Part shown: in pieces, positions 42,901 to 51,380 of the stretch
Layout of the letters: every line of letters begins with the position of its first letter
Position numbering within the stretch: the first letter of the stretch is position 1
DNA from: Klebsiella pneumoniae
Lineage (GTDB): Bacteria > Desulfobacterota > Binatia > Bin18
Direction: 5' to 3'
Length of the DNA stretch: 64,000 nt
NCBI GenBank assembly: GCA_945865755.1
Contig: CAMBFS010000001.1
Location: 3,210 to 67,209 of the forward strand
The notes under the pieces: generated by a model
The model's input: the letters and a program-made list of their open reading frames with translations, nothing else
The model's database searches: none
Told to the model about the DNA's origin: nothing
Translations under genes and position numbers: made by a program

Positions 42901-43447
42901 GCGCCACGCCTTCCGCCGGATTCATCATTGAACTGGCACGACCGAGTCCGTGCCGGGCCTCGACTTCAGCGGACCGGTTGCCGGCGCGACGTGCCAGGAC
43001 GAAGGCGCGCTCAAACGTCGGAGCGGCGACAAGCGGGACACTGTCTTCGAGCAAGCGTTTCCCCTCCGCAAGTAATTTTTCTACCGGTTGTTCGAGATCT
43101 GTCGCTGAAAGGGTCGTGGACGACGAGTCCTCCGCACGCTGTTTGAGGAGTTTATTTGTTGCCGAATCAAACTTTCCTGTGGCGGGTAATCCATGCTCAC
43201 GTTGGAATTGACGCAGGGCGTCTTGCATCTTCTTCTTCCCGCTACGCTTAACGCCATCTTCGGGGTCAACGTTATCTTCGGAGTCAACGTTATCTTCGGA
43301 GTCAACGTCATCTTCGGGGTCATACCCTTGGGCTTGGAGCGTTTGTTGCGCCTGCACGATGCGCATCGGTTCCTGGGCGGCAACGGTGTTGCCCAGGCAA
43401 CCCCACACCGTCAGGCAACATCCTATCCCCCAAATATATTGGGACAT
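39989..43447 (-). CDS. Exported peptidoglycan-binding / TPR / CHAT (caspase-like) protein
   Basis: Signal-like N-terminus (VAA-QE), PG_binding_1 (L...GYDP...ALRQFQREHGLPATG), TPRs, IVPHGPLHYLPF, LHLAAHG and VLSACNT dyad, APYFWA. Confidence 0.88.
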   Translation of the reverse strand: MSQYIWGIGCCLTVWGCLGNTVAAQEPMRIVQAQQTLQAQGYDPEDDVDSEDNVDSEDNVDPEDGVKRSGKKKMQDALRQFQREHGLPATGKFDSATNKLLKQRAEDSSSTTLSATDLEQPVEKLLAEGKRLLEDSVPLVAAPTFERAFVLARRAGNRSAEVEARHGLGRASSMMNPAEGVAHYRLALDLARDLKNRQAEAAILTSLGETYQNLGLTTKSRQLLTEALALWQTLDDRHAAAKTHTFLGLSARLLGLYEEALTHFEAAQSFWGPDSPALTRAQGLIQIAKLYVRLGADLKAEDALRQAETVLRPLLKPQESKALAIAMRHRLFAGPHRVPEAVLNMMRQENDDSSFEEENIPLPPLSSTDKQFQRYQREALAEFQAETPRWERQASVPNERRVPVPEHHPEPGPLLAEMLAQCQQKPQEEKTRCRYRVQVEESLQQQRKMALEYHQKFIRGYRTGKMMIEGGLTSQAMAQQVQPMIAPLLQWQADVAPSATRLIVCPPRLEITRLNMLGDLFARRDRLDKARENYLKAWEQVEATSSVDLPSTEVTHGGLPSREASTRKSPRQSLTEEDQQAKQAGLPAKSQLAFCLPGENLLDDSQQLRSAHDLLTRGQLSEALRTYQMVEKYLPLELQATALQGIATVYEKQGQLPEAIKWYYAAIDAVENVQGAIRLDSLVAGFASAQTPLYEHVIELLATGQDTAGSFAYAERARARAFLNQLGQRALPVHGAPPEVRAPMEELRSALTVLQNRLAACPSEPTRGEEPENTACQTIRQQWEQKRQEYDKALARLQQTHPEYAALFSVHTVSLAEIQRDLLDEHTTLISYFVTTKQTLAWVIDRDKAQLFTLPVPKGQLATDVRTLNDLLTHPQGASPPALELLHTQLIAPLQSAIRHTNLIIVPHGPLHYLPFSALRNKTSQRYLLQDYALTLAPSASVLRFVRPKRQATTPQILVFGNPDGSLPEAATEAKAIAALYQTQALVGAEATKTRLYEKAGGSTVLHLAAHGVYNQTHALLSYIKLSPADQPAGQLKALDIYGLDLSATHLVVLSACNTALGAQSNGDEIIGLTRAFLSAGTPSVISTLWTVNDAATAALMTHFHRQLQQHQTTASALRAAQLAVLEDQQRSWQAPYFWAGVTLTGEYRGTW

Positions 43448-43491
43448 TATGTTCTCTCCTTCTCACTAGTGTGCACCGTAGCGGTGCATGA

Positions 43492-44702
43492 TTACTGTTG
43501 TTGCCGCTGACGAGCGTCTTCCGTAGCGCGGCGGGCCTCTGCGGCCTCGGCTTCCGCCCCCATGTCGGTGTAGAGAGCGGCGGCTTGGGCAAATGAATCA
43601 GCCGCCTCCTTAAAGCGGTGCGTGGCATAGGACACCCGTCCTACCCCAAACATGGCCGCCGCGCGAGTCGCGGGACTCGGGGACAGCTCCAGAGCGGAGG
43701 CGTAGCTTTGCTGGGCGCGGGGATAGAGCTGGGTTATCAGATAGAGGTCACCCACCATCACCGAGACCTCTGCCGACGCCTGCCGTTGCAGCACTGCCTC
43801 GCAGGTGGCGAGCGCGTCCTCCCAGAGCTTATGCGTGACATACAGCCGGGCTAGGAGGAGGTCACGCGTAGTTTCTTCCACGGGAACGGTCAGCAGGTGG
43901 GCACGTTGTGTCTCGACAGCGGCGCGCTGTTCTGGCGTGAGGAGCGTCAGGTGAGATCTATCGGATGTCGAGGGTTCGGCCATGAGACTGAGACGAGCCC
44001 CAACGCGGAGAAACGCGGGCTGCCCCGGTATCAACGCTTGTTCCGGAGGAAAGGGTGTTGAGCAAACTCTTGGCGTGCGGTCTCCCTGGACCTCAGGGCC
44101 GCAAGTGACCTGGGAGGCGTCTAGACGAAAGGGTGGGTATCCTGTCACAGTAATCTCATATTCCACCGCTTGGGGCACCTGGGTCCACCGGATGGACGGG
44201 GTCGGGGCTCTAAGAGGGTCGTGTGCCGCGGACTGATGATGACCGGGACACCGTCCGTGTTCGTTGATGTCCGATCTTCACCCGGTAACACCTGGGCGCC
44301 AGCGATAGCCAGGACATAGCCGGGCTGCGGACGGACATCGCGATAGAGGCTGATGCCAACGTCCGTGCCCCGCCGACAAGCGCCCTCTGTAACTACCCAC
44401 TGCTCGGCGTTCTCGAGCCAAATCCAATGTCCCGTTGAACATATCAGTCCAGCTTGGACGGTGCCGCCCATCTCTTCGGGTTCTCCCTCCAGCACCGTCC
44501 CAGATTGGAGCACCTGGAGAGGATGGACGCGCCAGGAGATTGTCCCTTCTCTCACCATAATCCGACCTTTTGACTGGGTGAGCACCGCGTCGACCTGCTG
44601 TGCCAGAGCGTTTGCTAAGGAGCCACCCCACCACACGCTCATAAGACTTCCGAGGAGTCCGAGCGTCCTCCAATCTGTTTCACCTCTCCGGCAATTGGTC
44701 AT
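43492..44702 (-). pseudogene. Exported TPR protein split by a one-base frameshift near 44200
   Basis: Signal peptide (ALA-QQ); ISPRHTTLLEPRP continues as SIRWTQVPQAVEYEITV in the next frame; C-terminal TPRs. Confidence 0.7.
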
Positions 44703-44734
44703 AGCTGTCACTTCTCTCCCTCCCTGGTCGCGGG

Positions 44735-45676
44735 TTAAGCACACTGTGCCTCTTTCTCCAGATTACGCAGGTCCTTCTCAGGAACGTGGAGCCACCAGCC
44801 TTCACTACGTGCTTGGAGGTCTCGAAGCCTTTCGCATACTTGCGGATACTGCTTGAGGGCACGGGCTACCCGAGCCAGATCATATTGCACACGCACTTCG
44901 GCTTGCCAATCTTCCGGCGTTTGTGCCCGGAATAACGTGAGTGCGTGCTCAAGATGCTGACCCGCTTCCGCGAGCTGTTGCTCTTCAAGGGCGATTTCTC
45001 CCAAATGTTGATGGAGCTGCGGTATACGGGGATTACACCGCAGTCCATCTGTAAACGCTTTACCCGCGGGTTTCAGTTGTCGAGCATCTTTATACAGAAT
45101 GCCCAAGGCATTGTAGGCTTTGCCACACACTAATACCGGATCATTCTCGATCAGACCTGCACCACCGTTGAGAGGGGGAGCATGTTCCAACTCAGTGGCC
45201 TTCTTGAAGTGGCGCAGGGCAGATTCGAAATCGTTATTGTCGCGCGAGTGGCGCTGGGCATGCAGCTTGCCCAGCGCCAAGTGATACAGCCTGACGTTCT
45301 CGGCGTGCATGATGGCATTCTTGTAATGATCCAGGGCGTTACTTAACTGCCCCTGACCGATGGCAAGCTGGCCAAGGTTAGCGTGCGCTTGACTTAATGA
45401 GGGGAGCCACCAGAGGGCATCCTGGAATGCCTGGGCAGCATAGCGACCCTCACCGGCCATCGCCAAGGTAACGCCGTGATTGTTCAGACTTTGCGCTTGC
45501 CGATGCTTGTAGTAAGTCCATCCCTGCCAAAGGCCGACCCCCAGTGCGAAGAGCACTACACCCACCGCAACCCATCGTAGCCACTGGACTTGCGGTGGGT
45601 CTGGTGAGCCTGATGTCCGCCCCGACGTCTTCGGCTCCTCTCGCGGCGTCGGGGCTAATGAGGGCGCTCGGTCACC
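44735..45676 (-). CDS. TM plus TPR protein; frame open upstream to 45676, probably the frameshifted C-terminus of the nucleosidase
   Basis: Pro-rich linker, TM WLRWVAVGVVLFALGVGLWQGW, TPRs (AHANLG, YHLALG, AYNALG, LHQHLG). Confidence 0.7.
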   Translation of the reverse strand, partial: GDRAPSLAPTPREEPKTSGRTSGSPDPPQVQWLRWVAVGVVLFALGVGLWQGWTYYKHRQAQSLNNHGVTLAMAGEGRYAAQAFQDALWWLPSLSQAHANLGQLAIGQGQLSNALDHYKNAIMHAENVRLYHLALGKLHAQRHSRDNNDFESALRHFKKATELEHAPPLNGGAGLIENDPVLVCGKAYNALGILYKDARQLKPAGKAFTDGLRCNPRIPQLHQHLGEIALEEQQLAEAGQHLEHALTLFRAQTPEDWQAEVRVQYDLARVARALKQYPQVCERLRDLQARSEGWWLHVPEKDLRNLEKEAQCA

Positions 45677-46464
45677 TCAATCAAACCATTGCTGAGCTTT
45701 GCGAGCATCTCAAAAGCGAAGGCACTCGCATGCCCAGAGGCGATACTCTGGTACCCTGCGGCATCCGCTTTGCCCTTGGCATCAACGAGGTCCGAAATAC
45801 CACGAATAATCAATGCCTCGACTTGGTTAGCGTGCGCACCTTGCAGTACGCCAAATCCTTCCATTTCGACCGCGAGGGCATCGCCATAGTTGGTTTGCAA
45901 AAACCGATAGACTTCGGAATGCGTATCGGCAACGACTTTCTCCCCGGCTGCGATAGCTCCCACAAATACTTGCGGCGGCGGAGAAGGGACGACGTTGAGC
46001 CGTTTCAACCAATCGGTTTTCCGAGCTTCCGCCCGTGCCCGCTGGACTAAGCGAAAAGCGGAATTGCCCACGATGGGTCGAGGCAGAAAGGTTGCTTTTG
46101 CTTTGCCAGACTCGTACCCATACACTTTCGTCGCTACGACCACATCCCCTAGTGCAACGTCTTTAAGTCCGCCGCCCACTCCAACAAAAAAAAGAACGTT
46201 CGGCTGGAAATGCTGAATCGCCCGTTCGGCCTCCAACACCGCCGAATTATTCCCCGCACCCATCTCGACAAGCACTACTTCCCAAAAACTATCGCCTGAT
46301 ATGAAGATGCCTCTTTCGTAGACAGTTCCGTGGGGATGCGTTTCTTCTCGGAGGTCAGTCAGGTAGGCTTTTACCGCCTGGTATTCAACGGGAAGTGCGG
46401 TCAAGAGAACAACTCGGCCTAAAAGACGATTCTCCGATTTTTTCTTACTGGGGGACTCGTTCAT
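45655..46464 (-). CDS. PNP_UDP_1 / MTA-SAH nucleosidase-like domain protein
   Basis: LTALPVEY, GAGN, FVGVGGG..DV.LGDVVV, IAAGEKVV, AVEMEG, IRGISD. Confidence 0.88.
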   Translation of the reverse strand: MNESPSKKKSENRLLGRVVLLTALPVEYQAVKAYLTDLREETHPHGTVYERGIFISGDSFWEVVLVEMGAGNNSAVLEAERAIQHFQPNVLFFVGVGGGLKDVALGDVVVATKVYGYESGKAKATFLPRPIVGNSAFRLVQRARAEARKTDWLKRLNVVPSPPPQVFVGAIAAGEKVVADTHSEVYRFLQTNYGDALAVEMEGFGVLQGAHANQVEALIIRGISDLVDAKGKADAAGYQSIASGHASAFAFEMLAKLSNGLIEVTERPH

Positions 46465-46478
46465 TGTGGGTATTCCTT

Positions 46479-46526
46479 ATACCGGTCAGGCTTGAGGGCG
46501 TAGCTCGTGAATTTTGACGATGCCAT
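46479..46526. repeat. Direct repeat copy B; starts a 21-codon leader ORF 46461-46526 on the minus strand
   Basis: Encodes MASSKFTSYALKPDRYKEYPQ versus MTSSKFTSYALKPDRYDEV in the ATP-grasp gene. Confidence 0.95.
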
Positions 46527-46597
46527 TGATGGGTCGTACCTTGAGACTAGAGGCTTGAGACTAGGGACTTGAGACCTTGGACTTTGGACCTTGGACT

Positions 46598-49500
46598 TCA
46601 GCCCTTGCGCAGGTCAAGTGTAAAGGGGAACTCCGGGTCAACCCGCGGTGGAGCGACTTCCAGGCGTCCCTGCGTGTGCCCGATACGAAAGAACCGCGCC
46701 TGGCGGCGACTCTCCGCCTCAAAGGCGTTGATCGGGAACGTCTCATAATGGCGTCCGCCCGGATGCGTCACATGATACTGACACCCGCCCAGGCTGCGTT
46801 CCATCCAGCGATCAACCACATCAATGATAAGCGGCGTGTGCACCTCAATCGTCGGATGCAGCGCGGTCTCTGGTTGCCACGCTCGATAGCGGACCCCAAC
46901 CACGAACTCCCCCACCGTCCCGGTCGGTTGCAAGGGCAGCGGGACCCCGTTGCAGGTGATCACGTGGCGATCCGGTGGCAGCCCGGTCACTTTGACTTGG
47001 AGCCGTTCAAGCGAAGCATCCACGTAACGGACCGTCCCACCCGGTGCCCCTTCTTCGCCCATCACATGCCAGGGCTCAAGCGCGCTGCGCAGTTCGAGCG
47101 TGATCCCGCGGGTGGCGAAGTCGCCATATTGAGGAAAACGAAACTCAAAGTGCGGCGCGAACCAGCGCGCCTCAAACGGGTATCCAGCCTCGTGCAATTC
47201 GCTGAGGACATCGACAAAGTCCAGCCACACGAAGTGCGGCAGCAGGAACCGATCATGGAGTTCGGTCCCCCAGCGCACCAAGCGTGGCGGTGAGTAGGGC
47301 GTGCGCCAAAAGCGCGCGACCAGGGCCCGTAACAACAGTTGCTGGGTCAAGCTCATGCGCGCGTGCGGGGGCATTTCGAACGCGCGCATTTCCAGCAGGC
47401 CCAGCCGCCCGGTGGCACTGTCCGGGGAATAGAGTTTGTCGATACAAAATTCCGCGCGATGCGTGTTCCCGCTCACGTCGATCAACAAGTTGCGCAGGAG
47501 GCGATCCACCAGCCACGGGGGGCAGCGGTCACCATGCGCGCGGGTCTGCCGTTCCATCTCGCGAAAGGCGATCTCGATCTCCGCGACCGCATCGTTGCGG
47601 GCCTCGTCAATCCGCGGGGCTTGGGACGTGGGACCGATGAAGAGGCCCGAAAACAAGTACGAGAGGGACGGGTGATTGTGCCAATAACTCAGCAGACTGC
47701 GTAACAGGTCCGGTCGGCGGAGCCAGGGCGAGTCGGTTGGGGTCGCCGCGCCCAGGGCAAAGTGGTTGCCGCCCCCGGTCCCGGTGTGACGTCCATCGAG
47801 CATGAATTTTTCGCTGGTGAGGCGCGACTGCCGGGCCTGGTCGTACAGAAATGTCGTGCGCTCGACCAGTTCCTCCCAGCCAGCGGCGGGATGAATGTTC
47901 ACCTCGATCACGCCGGGGTCTGGCGTCAGTTGGAACTGCACGAGCCGCGGGTCGCGCGGCGGCTCATAGCCTTCCAGCAGCACGGGCTGCTGCTGGTGTT
48001 CCGCCGTGGCTTCCACTGCGGTCACGATCTCCAGGTACTCTTCCAGCGACCTGACTGGAGGCATGAAGATATAGAGGATGCCGTTACGGACCTCGGCACA
48101 TAACGCGGTGCGGGCGATCCAGTCCGCGCTCTCACCGACTCGTGGCGCGGCCACTCGTGGGGGCGTGGCCACTCGTGGGGGCGTGGGGACGGGAGCACTA
48201 TACTCCGCGACGCTCGTCAGTCCTGTTGGCCTGCGGCTGCTCGGGTGCGTTTCGGGCCATTGCGGGGTCATCTGCGCACGCAGTTCACGATACGGTGACA
48301 GGGGCGCGCGCGGCGCGGTGGGATCGGCTGGATGTAGGTATGGGTAATCTGTCTTTTTCACCCAGGGGAGCGAGTCCAGCGGGAGACGATAGCCCAGCGG
48401 CGAATCCCCCGGAATCAGATGGCAGCGCTGATCGCGCAAAAACCAAGAGCTGGAAATCCACCGATCCGTCGCGGGATCACGTGAGAGCGGCACCGCATAG
48501 CCGACCGCCTGCTTCAGCCCTTGCGAAAAGACGCGGCGCAGGCGTTCCCGTTCCAGCGGATCCTCAAGACGTGAATCAAACAGATCGACATTGCTGGGCA
48601 AGTTGCGTTCGCGCCACAGAAAATAGAGCGCATCCTCGTATGCTGGAAAGATATACTGGGTATCGAGACCCAGCCGGGTCGTCACCTCACGGAGGAACGC
48701 TTCCGCCGTGGCGGCGGTCGCCTGGCCCGGTTGGGATTCGTCGGCGATCAGCGCGTCATTGAGCCAGAGCGGTTCTCCGTCTTTGCGCCAAAAGCAATTG
48801 AGCGACCAGCGGGGGAGCTGCTCCCCCGGATACCATTTGCCTTGGCCAAAGTGGACCAGCCCACGAGCCCCATACTGGTTGCGCAAGCGATGATAGAGGG
48901 TAGCCGCCAACTTTCTCTTGGTTGGTCCCACCGCAGTGGTGTTCCACTCCTCTCCGTCGGGATCATCAATGGCGACAAACGTGGGCTCACCACCCATAGT
49001 CAGTCGGACATCCTGAGCCTGTAAATCCGCATCGACATCCGTCCCCAGCCGCACGATCGTCCGCCATTCTTCCTCGGTGTAGGGCTTGGTCACCCGTGGG
49101 GCTTCCCATATCCGGGAGACCGACATCTGGTGGGAAAAGGTCACCTCGCACGCATCAAGGGTGCCGGTAATCGGTGCCGCGGACGAGGGCATTGGCGAGC
49201 ACGCCAGTGGGAGATGCCCTTCGCCGGCGAACAGCCCCGAGGTCGGGTCCAACCCCACCCAGCCCGCTCCGGGGAGGTACACCTCGGCCCAGGCGTGGAG
49301 ATCAGTGAAATCCTTGTCTGGCCCGGAGGGACCATCGAGTGATTTCACATCGGCTGTGAGTTGAATGAGATACCCGGACACGAACCGGGCGGCAAACCCC
49401 AGATGTCGCAGCAGTTGGACCAGCAGCCACCCCGAGTCACGACAGGAGCCTGACCGTTTCACCAGGGTTTCCTCCGGCGTTTGCACGCCGGGCTCCAGGC

Positions 49501-49981
49501 GAATCACGTATTGAATGTCGCCAGCAAGGCGACGATTGAGGTTGGCGAGAAAGGGCACCATCTCTGCCTTGTCGCGGGGAATCCCTGCGAGATAGCTCGC
49601 GAACAGCGGCGTCGCCGGTTCCCGCGTACAGTAGGGCGCGAGTTCGACCAACAACTCCGGTTCATACGCAAAAGGATAGTGCTCAGCGTACGGTTCCAAG
49701 AAGAAGTCGAAGGGGTTGATGACCGCCATCTCCGCGACGAGGTCGACTTCAACCCGCAACTCGCGCGTCGGTTCGAGAAACATGAGCCGGGCGAGATAAT
49801 TGGCTTGCGGGTCTTGTTGCCAGTTAATGAAATGGGTGGTGGGCAAGACCCGTAGCGAGTAGCTCAGGATCCGCGTCCGGCAATGTGGGGCTGGTCGCAG
49901 GCGAACAACCTGGGGGCCCAGGGTAATCAGTCGGTCATAGTGATAATGCGTCGTATGGTGCAAAGCGATGTGAATTGACAT
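46598..49981 (-). CDS. Transglutaminase plus putative amidoligase (DUF2126) protein
   Basis: SGSCRDSGWLLV, DLHAWAEV, DPTSG, LTMGGEPTFV, TPDPGVIEVN, GTGGGNH, NAFEAESRR. Confidence 0.92.
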   Translation of the reverse strand: MSIHIALHHTTHYHYDRLITLGPQVVRLRPAPHCRTRILSYSLRVLPTTHFINWQQDPQANYLARLMFLEPTRELRVEVDLVAEMAVINPFDFFLEPYAEHYPFAYEPELLVELAPYCTREPATPLFASYLAGIPRDKAEMVPFLANLNRRLAGDIQYVIRLEPGVQTPEETLVKRSGSCRDSGWLLVQLLRHLGFAARFVSGYLIQLTADVKSLDGPSGPDKDFTDLHAWAEVYLPGAGWVGLDPTSGLFAGEGHLPLACSPMPSSAAPITGTLDACEVTFSHQMSVSRIWEAPRVTKPYTEEEWRTIVRLGTDVDADLQAQDVRLTMGGEPTFVAIDDPDGEEWNTTAVGPTKRKLAATLYHRLRNQYGARGLVHFGQGKWYPGEQLPRWSLNCFWRKDGEPLWLNDALIADESQPGQATAATAEAFLREVTTRLGLDTQYIFPAYEDALYFLWRERNLPSNVDLFDSRLEDPLERERLRRVFSQGLKQAVGYAVPLSRDPATDRWISSSWFLRDQRCHLIPGDSPLGYRLPLDSLPWVKKTDYPYLHPADPTAPRAPLSPYRELRAQMTPQWPETHPSSRRPTGLTSVAEYSAPVPTPPRVATPPRVAAPRVGESADWIARTALCAEVRNGILYIFMPPVRSLEEYLEIVTAVEATAEHQQQPVLLEGYEPPRDPRLVQFQLTPDPGVIEVNIHPAAGWEELVERTTFLYDQARQSRLTSEKFMLDGRHTGTGGGNHFALGAATPTDSPWLRRPDLLRSLLSYWHNHPSLSYLFSGLFIGPTSQAPRIDEARNDAVAEIEIAFREMERQTRAHGDRCPPWLVDRLLRNLLIDVSGNTHRAEFCIDKLYSPDSATGRLGLLEMRAFEMPPHARMSLTQQLLLRALVARFWRTPYSPPRLVRWGTELHDRFLLPHFVWLDFVDVLSELHEAGYPFEARWFAPHFEFRFPQYGDFATRGITLELRSALEPWHVMGEEGAPGGTVRYVDASLERLQVKVTGLPPDRHVITCNGVPLPLQPTGTVGEFVVGVRYRAWQPETALHPTIEVHTPLIIDVVDRWMERSLGGCQYHVTHPGGRHYETFPINAFEAESRRQARFFRIGHTQGRLEVAPPRVDPEFPFTLDLRKG

Positions 49982-50173
49982 GGAGACATGTACTCCTCAG
50001 CGGCGGTGATAGTTGGGCGGTTGAGTAGGCGTTCAGCCTTCAGCTCTCAGCTTTCGGCGGTTGATCTTCATCCTCACCTCCAAGCAGGAAAGGAGCCGGG
50101 CAATTTACAGGCCTGCTAAACGCTGACAGCGGTTGATCTTCATCTTCGCCCTGTGGGTACGCACCGCCTGCCC

Positions 50174-50830
50174 TCAGCGCCGCTGGAGTTTCAATTGCAG
50201 CGACCTGGCTTGCACCTGCGCCTCCTTGTGGAGGTCCTCCAAGACGCGGACTGATTCTAGGGTTGGTTGAAAATTGGGCAACTGCACGGTCTGAATCAGT
50301 ATTTGCGATAAACTCTCCAGCGTTCCTCGCTCGGTGTTGAGCACGAGATCGTAATGGATCGGTAACGAGCAATCCATGCCAAACAGCCAGGTGAGCCGCG
50401 CCGCCGATTCCGTATCATAGCGTTTCACTTTGGCTTCCGCCTGAGCCTGGGAGATGCCCTCTTCTTCCGCGACCCGTGCGGCGCGGACCGCCAACGGCGC
50501 GGTGATCCGCACTCGCAGCGCATGCGGCACGTCGCGGACTAACACCGGCGCCGCGCGGCCCGCGATCACCGTGTTGTCGTGAATCGCGAAGCCATAGAGC
50601 GCGGCCCGCAAGAACACCACGTAGCGTTCGCGATCATGGGTAAACCGTTCCCAGATCGTGGGTTTGGTCTCTTCCAGGTGCGCGAGCTTCTCATCCTGCC
50701 CTTCGTGGCGGTCCGCCGCCTCGAGGATGACCTCGCGGTCGATGAAGCGGTATCCCAAGTGGTCCGCGACGGCTTTGCCAATCTGCGTGCCGCCACTCCC
50801 CATTTCTCGTGAGATGACAATGAGACTCAT
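50174..50830 (-). CDS. Cytidylate kinase-like family protein
   Basis: ISREMGSGG, VIAGR, RVRITAPL, YDLVLNT. Confidence 0.85.
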   Translation of the reverse strand: MSLIVISREMGSGGTQIGKAVADHLGYRFIDREVILEAADRHEGQDEKLAHLEETKPTIWERFTHDRERYVVFLRAALYGFAIHDNTVIAGRAAPVLVRDVPHALRVRITAPLAVRAARVAEEEGISQAQAEAKVKRYDTESAARLTWLFGMDCSLPIHYDLVLNTERGTLESLSQILIQTVQLPNFQPTLESVRVLEDLHKEAQVQARSLQLKLQRR

Positions 50831-50926
50831 ACACCGTTCCTCTTTCTCTATCCGTCTACAAACCACAAAGTTGCCACATCTACAAACGGTCTGGTCACGA
50901 CAAGTGGAAACTCGGTAACCATCCAC

Positions 50927-51035
50927 TTATGGCTTGCTACTCCAAATACCCACGCCAGATGTCCGAGCCTCACGTTCAGAGTGCTTGAATTCCTCGTAGT
51001 AACGGAAGGGAGAAGGAGCAATCACACGGGCGACT
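50927..51035 (-). pseudogene. Possible thermonuclease (SNase) C-terminal remnant
   Basis: ARV...PFRYYEEF...EREAR..GVGIW. Confidence 0.4.
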
Positions 51036-51314
51036 GAAATAGGGGATATTGCATGGTTATTACAGCGGTTTGCACTTGAACGAAGAGAGAAAGAAAGTAG
51101 GCCGGAATAAGCGGAGCGTTTCCGGCATGCACGCTCGCGCCGGGAACGGCCTGCGGCCTTATCCCGGCCTACGGAAAGGGATGTCTCCTCGCGCCAATGA
51201 AAACCGCTATAAGGCAAATCTTCCATCAAAACCTGAAATACCATGCAACGTCCCCTATTTCCCACGGCGGATTTCTCCTCAATCGTGACTACTTGCAGGA
51301 AGAGCAACGCGGGT

Positions 51315-51377
51315 GGCTTCCAGGTTCCCTCTCTCGGCTGAAAGAGGGTCAGGGTGAGGGGGATCGAGTGTGATTAC
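51315..51377. repeat. REP-like palindromic repeat; empty-site paralog of the 56109-56304 repeat
   Basis: Reverse complement gtaatcacactcgatccccctcaccctgaccctctttcagccgagagagggaacctggaagcc matches both flanks of the 56155 MITE. Confidence 0.8.
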
Positions 51378-51380
51378 TAA

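Noticed and set aside
48148-48188. 18-bp tandem repeat in the DUF2126 gene (TPPRVA x2)
   Set aside because: Short in-frame linker duplication with no further signal
50040-50172. Two ~20-bp direct repeats (cggttgatcttcatc...) and the ORF 50040-50372
   Set aside because: Only two copies; no family or function supportable
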